Of a stretch of DNA of 36,002 nucleotides, positions 1-9,968 are shown piece after piece. The stretch is from Thraustochytrium aureum (Eukaryota): the NCBI GenBank assembly GCA_012862495.1, contig BLSG01000115.1, positions 82,908 through 118,909 of the forward strand, read 5' to 3'. Under the pieces are notes generated by a model. The model ran no database searches. It had not been told where the DNA came from and was given only the letters and a program-made list of their open reading frames with translations. The translations under genes and the position numbers were made by a program. How positions within the stretch are numbered: the stretch's first letter is position 1; each line of letters opens with the position of its first letter.

Positions 1-1652
1 TTGGCTCGGCTTGCTTGCTCCAGGCGAGCCGCTGCCGGAGATGGAGGACGCGAAGGGCGTGGACGGCGCCGCGGCGGCCTCGAGCAGGAAGCTGAGGGCG
101 AGCACGTGGTCTGATTCGGAGCTGGAGGAGCTCTATGACATCAAGCACATGAGTCCCGCGACGGCGATGAAAACCAAGCACTTGCTGCAGGTGATGAAGG
201 CGATTAGGCATTGCAACAAGGCCAAGACGCTGGATGCGGCAATCAAGGTCATTGTGGACAACACCTGCAAGATCCTTGGGTGCGATCGCGCGACGCTCTT
301 CATCGTGGACGAAAGCAGAGGTACGTAGTCAAAGTCGTTGTCGTTGCAGTTTGTTGGTGGCGGATTCTTCGCCTTCTTCCCCGTGTGGGCGGCCCGCCCG
401 GCCCCGCCGGCGGTGGCCGGCACGAGTGCGGTAGCGGTGTGCTGACGCGCGTGAATGCGCTGCCGCAGAGGAGCTCGTGATTCGCCAAGCTGTCGGCATC
501 GACGACATCAGGCTCCCGCTCGACTCGAGCAGCATCGCAGGAAACGTGTACCACTCGGGGGTCAAACTCAACATCCCAGACGCGTACGCGGACGAGCGGT
601 TCAACAAGAGCGCAGACGAGGCCAGCGGATACACGACAAAGTCGATCCTGTCAACTCCCATCTGGGACGCCAACTACGAGCCTGTGGCGGTGCTCCAAGC
701 CGTCAACAAGATCGCCGGGGACGATCAGCAGGGCGCCGCCAGCTCGCACGCACCATCGTCGCTCACCTCACGCCTCTTCAAGCGACGCACCCCGGAGGAG
801 CGCGCAAAAGCCAAGCTCAAGTCGGCCTCCAAAGACAGCAGCGACGGCAGCGATTCGGCGCAGACAGACTTTATCCCCTTCACGACAGAGGACGAAGTCC
901 TGATGGACCACCTCGCGCTGCAGCTCGGCGTCATCGTGCGCAACCAGATGCTGCGCGAGCAGAGCGAGCGGGCGCACGAGCAGGTACTCAGTCTCCTGGA
1001 CATTGTGCGCTCGCTCCACTCCAACATGGGCGTCAACAGCCTCATGTTTACCATCACCGAACGCAGCCCGAGCCTCGTCGACGCCGACCGCTGCACACTC
1101 TACGTGGTGGACCGCAAGCACGAGGAGCTCTGGTCGCTGCAAGGCGCGATCGAGATCCGCGCCCCGCTCACAGGGCTAGTGGCTACACTGCGACCACCGG
1201 CGAGGTNNNNNNNNNNNNNNNNNNNNTCAACATCGAGGACGCCCACAAAGACGAGCGCTTCAACACCGAGTTTGACCTGAAAACAGGGTTCCGCACAAGG
1301 TCTGTTCTTGTCATGCCCATCATGGACCGCCCCGAGGACGGCAGCAAGCCGGGCGTCATCGGCGTCTTGCAGGTCATCAACAAGCTGCACGGGAACCGCT
1401 TCACGGAGGAGGACGAGCAGCTCTTGGGGCGTTTTTGGACATCATCGGCTCGCTTCTCATGACTTCGCAGCTCTTTGCCACCTCGCAGCCGCGGCAGTCC
1501 GAGTTTGGCGCCGCAGCCGACATTCTCTCCTCGTCGAGCACGCCCAAGCGAACCGACTCGTCCAAGCAGCTTTATTTCCCGGACATCATCGCGGAGGCGG
1601 ACGAAGAGGACGAGGAAGAGCCACAGCTTGGCGGGGGCCACTACGGCGCTGA
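1..1652 (+). CDS. Tandem GAF-GAF (cNMP-binding, PDE/CyaB-type GAF) protein, 5' end outside window; exon <1-320, intron 321-468, exon from 469; 3' end uncertain (1652 or further, up to 2133)
   Basis: Two GAF repeats with CDRATLFIVD / ADRCTLYVVD, NIPDAYADERFN / NIEDAHKDERFN, and NK...FTTEDE / NK...FTEEDE (NKFDE motif). Splicing 321-468 joins VDESR-E-ELVIRQ in frame. Two 1-nt frameshifts (~1180, ~1425-1428 G runs) and a 20-N placeholder gap. Confidence 0.85.
321..468 (+). other. Spliceosomal intron (148 nt) in GAF gene
   Basis: GTACGT donor at 321, GCTGAC branch at 441-446, CAG acceptor at 466-468; removal restores a continuous GAF domain. Confidence 0.9.
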
Positions 1653-1829
1653 CTCGACCGAAGAGTCGGCTCCGGTCAGTCTAGGTGCTCTAGAGCTAGA
1701 GCCTCAGCTCCCGAGCCTCAGCTCCGTCTCTCGAGCTAGTTGCTCGTGGAGAGATTGCTATAGAGCGAGTGAGCAAGCCAGTAGAGACTCTCTCTCTCTC
1801 CTCCCCCCAACTCGCGAGAAGGTCGCGCC

Positions 1830-3560
1830 GTCTGCGCTAGCGCTGGGCACGCTCCAGCAGACAGACTGCGGCGTTCGCTCGCTTCAGGCCGTTGGCACCA
1901 AGCTTATTTTTCACGCGTGGGGCAGCTCATTGGGCTCTGCGCCAACCCGCCAAGAACGGCCAAACCACTGCATTTTGTCTGACGGCGATGCGCACAGTGC
2001 AGTTCCTGTCGCCTCGCAACCCTCGTTTAATCTACAACAAATTCCGCGCGACAAGTTGCTTCTCTGCTTGGTCGTAAGCGGCGCCAAGCTGATGCGATGT
2101 CGTGGGCGGCGCCAAGCCACTGCCTGGTCGTGAGCAGCGCCAAGCTCGTGCGATGTCGGCGGCTTCGTGCTGCCCAGCCATTACTTGGTCCTCGAATTCC
2201 GCGCCATGCCAAGCTCGATGCGATGGCAGAAGATTGTTGAAGGAAACGTCGCTGCAACAGTCGAAAGCGGCAACGCGATGCTTGGCTCACGAGCGCTAAT
2301 GCGGCAATGCGATGCTGGCCTGGGAGACTCTGGCCAGCTGCTCACCATCGCACCGTTCTCTCTTTTGATCNNNNNNNNNNNNNNNNNNNNNNNNNNNNNN
2401 NNNNNNNNNNNNNNNNNNNNNNNNNNNNNNNNNNNNNNNNNNNNNNNNNNNNNNNNNNNNNNNNNNNNNNNNNNNNNNNNNNNNNNNNNNNNNNNNNNNN
2501 NNNNNNNNNNNNNNNNNNNNNNNNNNNNNNNNNNNNNNNNNNNNNNNNNNNNNNNNNNNNNNNNNNNNNNNNNNNNNNNNNNNNNNNNNNNNNNNNNNNN
2601 NNNNNNNNNNNNNNNNNNNNNNNNNNNNNNNNNNNNNNNNNNNNNNNNNNNNNNNNNNNNNNNNNNNNNNNNNNNNNNNNNNNNNNNNNNNNNNNNNNNN
2701 NNNNNNNNNNNNNNNNNNNNNNNNNNNNNNNNNNNNNNNNNNNNNNNNNNNNNNNNNNNNNNNNNNNNNNNNNNNNNNNNNNNNNNNNNNNNNNNNNNNN
2801 NNNNNNNNNNNNNNNNNNNNNNNNNNNNNNNNNNNNNNNNNNNNNNNNNNNNNNNNNNNNNNNNNNNNNNNNNNNNNNNNNNNNNNNNNNNNNNNNNNNN
2901 NNNNNNNNNNNNNNNNNNNNNNNNNNNNNNNNNNNNNNNNNNNNNNNNNNNNNNNNNNNNNNNNNNNNNNNNNNNNNNNNNNNNNNNNNNNNNNNNNNNN
3001 NNNNNNNNNNNNNNNNNCGCCGTCGAATCTCGCGGGCGAATCGCTCGGGCGCGTGTCGTCATTGCTGACCCCAGCTACGCGGCCGCGCTTCGCGGCGGAA
3101 AGTGCGACCTCGGCGTGGGCTGCGAGATCCTTCGGTCGATCTGCGTGATGCCCGACAAGCCGGCTTGCCTGCCGCGCGGGGAGACCTCGGCGCAAGTGAT
3201 TCTCCCGCAAACGCAGACCAAGCGCAACCACGACACGTACCTGACCGTCCTCTCCAGCGCGCACCGGGTTTGCCCGACCGGCGCATACGTTGCAATTTGC
3301 TCCACGGTCCGCCAAGGCGCTGGGCCCGCCAGCCCCGCGGACTTTGACCAGCTCGACGACGCCATCCAGCTCCTGGGCAAGCCCTCCCCGCTTGCGCGGT
3401 TCAACCTCGGTCGAAAGCGTTCCTGGCCCCGCCAGCCCCACCCCGCGACGAAGCCTGCATCTTCGCGCGCTCGGCAGACGCCACGCCGCACTTCGAGTCG
3501 ACAATGGCGGAGGTGGAGCGCCTGCTCGAAGCGGCGCGGCGGGCGCTCGGCCTTGGGTAG
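1830..3560 (+). CDS. Rab GDP-dissociation inhibitor (GDI)-like protein; C-terminal part 3018-3560 clear, 5' part (1830-2370) degenerate and uncertain
   Basis: After the gap: VIADPSY, RSICVM, SAQVILPQTQTKRNHDTY, SSAHRVCPTGAYVAICST. After a frameshift at ~3410-3445: IFARSADATPHFESTMAEVERL..., TAG at 3558-3560. These match GDI motifs ICDPSY / SCQIIIPQNQVNRKSDIY / SYDATTHFETT. The 5' side has only weak GDI-like traces. Confidence 0.8.
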
Positions 3561-3671
3561 ACGAGAACCAGACGCAGAGTCGGCGAGACGCGGGAGCGTC
3601 AACAAGCGCTTGAAGCGCTTGCAACTCTTCTCGCAAGGTCCAAACACAATTTTCTTTGCAAGCTCCTCTAC

Positions 3672-5405
3672 TTACGTCCAGGCGAAATCAGCAACCAGGG
3701 AAATGTGATCCGAAGGCCACGCGGCCGTGGGGATCCCTCGCCCGTACAACGAAACCTTTGGCGTTGCGAGGATGCCCTTGGCGCACAGCCCGGCCGCCTC
3801 TGTGTAGAAGATGTAGTCCACTGTTCCGCGAAAGCTCTTGTGGTACGTTGTGAAAGCCGGCTCGCCTGTGCGCTTCTCGTCGACTGGGCCAACAGCATAA
3901 GCGGACAGCATTGGCCCCACGCCATTCTCGAGCGACTCCAATTCGGCCGGCAAAGCAAAGCTGAACTTGGGTCGTTGTGGGACAACACGCGCTCCTCCGA
4001 CGCCCCCCTGGGCTGTGGCGTCTAGCGCGCTCGTTCCTTGCCCTTGGTCGCGAAATCTCTGGCTTTGCTGCCCAGAGCGCTCGCGGCTCGAGCCGATCGC
4101 GAAGGAAAAATCGTCGATTCCCTCCAGGTCGTTGTCGCTTCCGCTCTCGTTCCCGTCCTCGTCGTCGGCGTCGCTGTCGTCGAAAGCCTGCGCGAGGATG
4201 ACGTCATTGTCTTGCCCTCGACCGCCGCGAATCTCTGGCTCCAATACTGCGCTCGCGAAGTCGTCTTCGTCGCTGTCGTTGGCTTCACATTCAACTGCAG
4301 GAGGAGCTAACACAAGAGCGGGTGCCGCGTCTGCCCAGACCATTTGTGGAGCAGAGGAGGGCGTGAATCGACCCACAAAGTTGCCCGCAGCTCCGTGGCT
4401 TCCGTTGGTCTCCCAGCGCATCGCGCCGCGGCCACTACGGTTCATGGAACGGATTACCTTGACCTGGCCGCTGACCTCTCTGCGGTCAAGCGCCGCGCCG
4501 CCGCGCAGACTGCCTGAAGTAATCAGGTGGTACACTGGGGAGGCCGGTGTTGAGTTGAAGTCGCCGCATAGAACGACTGGGCAGCCGCCGTGCTTGGCGC
4601 GAAGCGGAGTAAGAAGGCTGAAGAGCTTGTCCAGCTGAGCAAGCTTGACGTCGCCGCGCCGAGGGTTAAAGAGAAGGTGCGTCGTGCAAAACAGCGCCGA
4701 GCGGCCTGTGGCATTGTGTCGCAAAGCTGCGCATAGAGCCACGTTGTCTCGATCGAGCAAAGGGTGGCCCGGAGACTTCAACTCGAGGTCAAAGCGCGCT
4801 TGCAGGGAAAACGCCGCGGTTTTGAACAACAGCGCGCAGCCGTCAAGCTTGTCGCCCGTTCGCCGTTTGAAGATCCCCTCGAATCCTCGCTCGGCCAGGC
4901 ACGGGCCGAGCGAGCCGTGGAAAATGGCCTCATCAACCTCTTGCAGGCAAATGACGTCGGCTTTGACCTCATCCAAGTGCTGAAGGATGAGGGTCTCGCG
5001 GAACGCCCACTCAAGCTCGCGGCCCGATACGCCCGGGTAGTGCACGCTCGTCACGAGGCTGTCGGCAAGGACGTTCCAGTTGATGAGCCTAAAGCTCGCG
5101 CTCCCCTCCTGCAGCGGGATCCACGCCCGCTTGAGTTGCCGAGCCGGGTGGCCGCCGTGGGAACGGCGGCCGCGACCGCTCTCCACACGCCACGAGATCC
5201 GGCTTGAGCCGCCTTGGGGGCCTTGGTCGCGGCTATTCCCGTGTGAGCTCCACCGGCCAGAATCTCCGCGTTTGACGACCGAGCGAGCGCCCCTGCTCGC
5301 GTCTCGCCGAGGCCCCGGCCGGGACCTTCCGGGATCGCCGTGCTCGAACCTGCAGGCCGACCCGAATCGGCAAGTGCCGCTTGCAGTCCAGTTGCGGCAG
5401 ATCAT
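3672..5405 (-). CDS. Angel/Ngl-type (CCR4 family) exonuclease-endonuclease-phosphatase with N-terminal CCCH zinc finger, 577 aa
   Basis: EEP motifs NWNVLA, ICLQEVD, DGCALLFK, RDNV, THLLFNPRRGDVKLAQ (Angel signature), LCGDFNSTP, TVDYIFY, PSDH. N-terminal C-x8-C-x5-C-x3-H (CRNWTASGTCRFGSACRFEH). Confidence 0.9.
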   Translation of the reverse strand: MICRNWTASGTCRFGSACRFEHGDPGRSRPGPRRDASRGARSVVKRGDSGRWSSHGNSRDQGPQGGSSRISWRVESGRGRRSHGGHPARQLKRAWIPLQEGSASFRLINWNVLADSLVTSVHYPGVSGRELEWAFRETLILQHLDEVKADVICLQEVDEAIFHGSLGPCLAERGFEGIFKRRTGDKLDGCALLFKTAAFSLQARFDLELKSPGHPLLDRDNVALCAALRHNATGRSALFCTTHLLFNPRRGDVKLAQLDKLFSLLTPLRAKHGGCPVVLCGDFNSTPASPVYHLITSGSLRGGAALDRREVSGQVKVIRSMNRSGRGAMRWETNGSHGAAGNFVGRFTPSSAPQMVWADAAPALVLAPPAVECEANDSDEDDFASAVLEPEIRGGRGQDNDVILAQAFDDSDADDEDGNESGSDNDLEGIDDFSFAIGSSRERSGQQSQRFRDQGQGTSALDATAQGGVGGARVVPQRPKFSFALPAELESLENGVGPMLSAYAVGPVDEKRTGEPAFTTYHKSFRGTVDYIFYTEAAGLCAKGILATPKVSLYGRGIPTAAWPSDHISLVADFAWT

Positions 5406-6284
5406 CGCGGGAGCCCGCGGCGGCAGCAGGTCTTCAAGCGCCGCTCGCTACGCGGAAANNNNNNNNNNNNNNNNNNNNNNNNNNNNNNNNNNNNNNNNNN
5501 NNNNNNNNNNNNNNNNNNNNNNNNNNNNNNNNNNNNNNNNNNNNNNNNNNNNNNNNNNNNNNNNNNNNNNNNNNNNNNNNNNNNNNNNNNNNNNNNNNNN
5601 NNNNNNNNNNNNNNNNNNNNNNNNNNNNNNNNNNNNNNNNNNNNNNNNNNNNNNNNNNNNNNNNNNNGAACGGGCATTGCCGCAGCCAGGCGCCCTGCTG
5701 CGGCATTCTGGCCATTCTGGCCACGATGGACAGAATGCTGCGGCTTGCTTGAAGCCTCCAGCAGCTCGAGCTGTGGGCGCTTTCAACTTGGCGTGGGTGG
5801 GCGGGGCCGAGGGAGGGAGGATGGCCTCGCGCGAGCTGCATCGCGGGGCCCGGCGGTGGCACGGCGACGAGGGCGATTTGGGGACGGGATGCCGCCAGCG
5901 GAGCGCGCTTCTGCCTCACTCGCGCGCTCACGCGCTCTGCGTTCAAGCTGGCCAGGCGTCGCGAGCGCACATCGCCGGCACGGCCCCGAGGTGGCGGCAG
6001 CAGCAAGGCGGAGCTGCCCAGGAGGACTCTAGCGCGGTGACGTCCGTCCCTCCGTCCGCCGAGCCACGCCAGCCTTCCGAGCGTACACTGCGTCGTCGCC
6101 GACAGGGCCAGGGGCAGCAGGCGCGGTCCATGGAGGCCGCCTGCATCGCATGGCCTCGGCCTCGACCGCGTCGCGCGCCGGCTTCGTTGACCTCTTGCAA
6201 CCTCGGCAACGGCCAAATCATTTACTGTCGTGTTTCGCACGAGCGGAGCGGAGCGGAGCGGCGCAGAGCTGAGCTTGGAGCAGG

Positions 6285-6991
6285 ATGGGGCGTGCATTGA
6301 GTGAGTCCGAGCTGCGGCGGCTGGCTGGCGACGGAGAGTTGGCGTCGATCAAGCGGCTCAACGCGAGCGGACAGCTGATCGACGATGTGGGGCTTCTCGG
6401 GACCCTCCGGGGCCTCGTGGAGCTCGACCTTTCCGCAAACGAGCTCTCCACGCTCCGCGACCTGCGCGGTCTGACGGCGCTCAAGCGGCTTAACGTGTCG
6501 AACAACAAGCTGAACAGCCTGCGCGGCGCCGAGGCGCTCAAGGACCTCGAGGAGCTCGTGGTGGCTGGGAATGGCTTGCGGTCGCTCGAGGAGGACGTGC
6601 TGCCGTTCATTCGGCAGCTGCCCAAGCTTCGTGTGATCAACTTTCAGTCGAGAGACGGCGCCTGCTCGAACGGCCTTTGCTCGCAAAGCGGCTACCGAGG
6701 CGTCCTCCTTGGCGCGCTCGGCCAGCTCGAGTCCTGCGACGGCGAGCGCGTCACGCTGCGCGGCCCGCCTCGGGCTCACGTCCTCGACGACCTTCGCCTA
6801 GAGAATCCAGAAGCAGTCGAGGCGCCGACCGTGCGACCGTGGATGGATGAGTTTTCTCTGGGATCGCCTGGGCCGGCGGAGGTGCTGGCCCGCTTGAGGT
6901 GGAGGGCGAGTTCCGGGAAGCTTTGGAGGCGTGTGACGCACTGTGCGCCGAGGCAGACGCGCGCCTCGAGGCCTTTGAGCAGCCGCCGTAG
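6285..6991 (+). CDS. SDS22-like leucine-rich repeat protein, LRRC61-like
   Basis: LRRs (LVELDLSANEL, LKRLNVSNNKL, LEELVVAGNGL) and LRRcap (NGLCSQSGYRGVLLGALGQLESCDGER). Correcting a 1-nt deletion at ~6890 gives a helical C-terminus EGEFREALEACDALCAEADARLEAFEQPP*, TAG 6989-6991, resembling the LRRC61 tail. Confidence 0.8.
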
Positions 6992-7399
6992 GTAGGTAGA
7001 ACGTTTTGCCATTTTTACAAAAGCAAACCATAAAAGCGCGGCCACGCCGGCCAGGTCGGGAAACCGAGCCAACATCAACCCCCTTGAGAGCGAGATTGCG
7101 ACGGCGAAAAGCTCTAGAGACCCTGCGGGGAGCACCGCCCGCCCGCCCGCCTAGCATGGTGGGCAACACCCACGTCAGCGATCCCGGCGGCGCTGCCTGC
7201 ATTTTTTCCAACCCGCATTCTGCATTACGCATGCCCGAACTTGCCTTGAATAACGTTCACCCGACAGCGCAGCAGCACTTGCACAAACATGTTGACTTGC
7301 AAAGACGCGCACTGCGTGCACTGGCAGGTCAACTCGGGCATGCTCGGGGCGTGCGTCCGACTCGCGTGAGCATTGATGGCAACTCGTCGAACTCGATCT

Positions 7400-7560
7400 C
7401 CTGTTTTGCTCCATTGTTTCTTTTGCTCCCATTGCTCCTTTTGTTCTTTTTATTCTTTTCGATCGTTTTGTTCATATGGTTTCTTTTGTTCTCTCTTTGC
7501 TCCTTTTGTTCCCAATATTTCCTTTTGTTCCCATTGTTTCTTTTGTTCGTTTTGTTCACT
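7400..7560. repeat. T-rich imperfect tandem repeat (~9/18-nt period, TTCTTTTGTTCCCATTG-like)
   Basis: Repeated CTTTTGTTC/CTTTTGCTC units, in sharp contrast to the GC-rich surroundings; adjoins an N gap. Confidence 0.75.
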
Positions 7561-8277
7561 TCGCTCGCGCGCTTCTTGGCCATCAGCAGACTCGCAAGNN
7601 NNNNNNNNNNNNNNNNNNNNNNNNNNNNNNNNNNNNNNNNNNNNNNNNNNNNNNNNNNNNNNNNNNNNNNNNNNNNNNNNNNNNNNNNNNNNNNNNNNNN
7701 NNNNNNNNNNNNNNNNNNNNNNNNNNNNNNNNNNNNNNNNNNNNNNNNNNNNNNNNNNNNNNNNNNNNNNNNNNNNNNNNNNNNNNNNNNNNNNNNNNNN
7801 NNNNNNNNNNNNNNNNNNNNNNNNNNNNNNNNNNNNNNNNNNNNNNNNNNNNNNNNNNNNNNNNNNNNNNNNNNNNNNNNNNNNNNNNNNNNNNNNNNNN
7901 NNNNNNNNNNNNNNNNNNNNNNNNNNNNNNNNNNNNNNNNNNNNNNNNNNNNNNNNNNNNNNNNNNNNNNNNNNNNNNNNNNNNNNNNNNNNNNNNNNNN
8001 NNNNNNNNNNNNNNNNNNNNNNNNNNNNNNNNNNNNNNNNNNNNNNNNNNNNNNNNNNNNNNNNNNNNNNNNNNNNNNNNNNNNNNNNNNNNNNNNNNNN
8101 NNNNNNNNNNNNNNNNNNNNNNNNNNNNNNNNNNNNNNNNNNNNNNNNNNNNNNNNNNNNNNNNNNNNNNNNNNNNNNNNNNNNNNNNNNNNNNNNNNNN
8201 NNNNNNNNNNNNNNNNNNNNNNNNNNNNNNNNNNNNNNNNNNNNNNNNNNNNNNNNNNNNNNNNNNNNNNNNNNNNN

Positions 8278-9087
8278 GCGAGCGAGACCTCGCGGTACTG
8301 GAACGTCGGCCCGTAGCCAACCAGCTCGTTTGAGCGCCGCACAATGCGCGTGTTGATGGTGGCCATGCCGAACGGCGCGATCCAAGCCCCGACCGAGGCG
8401 TCGAACTCTGCCCCCTCAAAGTCAAGATCGCCGGGGCGCGCCCCGCCGCTCGGCGCACCGCCAAGGAGGAACGGGTCTTTCATCATCTTGGCGAGGCGCG
8501 GGTCCTTCTCCATGTTGATCCCCGAGGCCAGCGTGCCGCCCGAGAGGCCTCCGCGCATCGCGGCGTAGTTGGACACGGCGCCGACCGCGGTGCTCGCTCC
8601 GTACGTTTCGCGGAGCTTGTTGGCGCCGAACAGCACGCCGAGGTCGCTGGGCGCGCTGTCAAAGCCGCAGCAGCTGCAAAAGATGATGCCCTTGGCGAGG
8701 GCCTCCTTGGCGTGCTTGTCCATCATGTCGCGCACCCAGGCCACCTCACCGGTAATGTCGCAGTAGTCGGTCCCGTTGCGCAGGCACGGACTCGATGATG
8801 GGCGTGCCTATCTTGGCGAAGGGGCCGGCCGTCGACAGCACGACGCGTGTGGACGCCACGAGCTCGTCAAGCCTCGCGGTGCGGTCGATCGAGCACGCCG
8901 CGATCTGCGGCGGCGACCGCACGGCGACGAGGCCGTTCACGACAGCCTCAAGCTTTTCCTGCGACCGCCCGGCGACCGCCCAGCGCACGCCTTCTTGGCT
9001 AGCCAGGTACTGCGCGACCAGCGCTCCCGTGAACCCCGTGGCGCCCCAAACAACCACCTCGAGCCGCCTGGACTGGTCCGGCGCCAT
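8278..9087 (-). CDS. Saccharopine dehydrogenase-like oxidoreductase (SCCPDH family); C-terminus lost in N gap
   Basis: MAPDQ...VVVWGATGFTG (Rossmann), WAVAGRS, STAGPF. After a 1-nt insertion at ~8788: CLRNGTDYCDITGE, CCGFDSAPSDLG, SGGTLAS, APFGMATINTRIVRRSN. Confidence 0.9.
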
Positions 9088-9136
9088 CTTGGCGGTCAAC
9101 CGGTCTTGCTTGGTCTTGGTCGAGCAAAGAGCAAGC

Positions 9137-9172
9137 CAATCAATCAATCAATCAATCAAACAACCAACCAGC
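9137..9172. repeat. (CAAT)n microsatellite decaying to (CAAC)n, just upstream of the SCCPDH start
   Basis: caatcaatcaatcaatcaatcaaacaaccaaccagc read directly. Confidence 0.85.
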
Positions 9173-9401
9173 CAGTGCCGCACCGCTGTCGAACAGGCCG
9201 CCGGCGCGATGTTCAAGTCGCGTATGCTGCTCGTTGCTGGTCGCGGTTGCAAGTGGATCAGAGCCTTTGGGGTCTGCTGGAGTCCCGGGTCGTCGGGTCT
9301 CCTTCCGCTCTCCAGCTTCGTCGAGTTGGGTTTGCGCGAATCAATGCCCGAGTCACCCTCGAGGAAGGAAGATCATCCATCACCTGGGTTCGTCCGTCGA
9401 G

Positions 9402-9605
9402 CCGTCCGGCTGCTCGCGCACGGGGCCGAGCTGGGCCGTCGAAGCGCGTTGCTGGCGTTTGCTCTGTCGTGGACGGGCGAGAGAATGCGGAGTTTGCGTC
9501 AATCGTTTCGCGCTTTCGGGCTTGCTTTCGTGCCTGCTTGGCGCATCAACGAGCGCGTGACGACCCCGTCCGGCTGCTCGCGCACGGGGCCGAGCTGGGC
9601 CGTCG
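9402..9605. repeat. Perfect 40-bp direct repeat (9402-9441 and 9566-9605)
   Basis: CCGTCCGGCTGCTCGCGCACGGGGCCGAGCTGGGCCGTCG present twice, 124 nt apart. Confidence 0.9.
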
Positions 9606-9968
9606 CAGAGGACTGTCGACGCGTTCCGTTTCCCGGCTTTTGGTCCGTCGAGGGCTGCATTTGGCGCGACGATCGACCTGGAAGCAGCAATGAGCGCTCG
9701 TCCTTGAGCTGGCTGTGGCACAGCAAAGCGGCGGCGAATAGGCGAGTAGGCGGGAGGGGTTAAAGACTCGCATGCAGGCTCTGCGCTGGACGACCGCGAC
9801 GGGCTTTGGGTACCTGTCGATCGCGCCGTGCCAACACAGACACTGCGGGAATGTTGTTTCTGTTGTTTCCGATCAAGTCTAGCGATACGAGAGACAGCGC
9901 GCGAGGACGCTCTGCATCGAGGAGGGAGAGAAGGCACTCGCGGAGTCCTTTCGCCCTACACTGCGCCA

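Noticed and set aside
2131..2133. Selenocysteine or stop-codon reassignment (also TAA at 27980)
   Set aside because: TAA, TAG and TGA all terminate conserved genes here (Angel TAA, PS synthase TAG, fibrillarin TGA); this TGA arises from an out-of-frame duplication; no SECIS evident.
2167..8744. Long ORFs spanning N runs (also 13502-14974, 33367-35281)
   Set aside because: Artefacts of translating N gaps as X.
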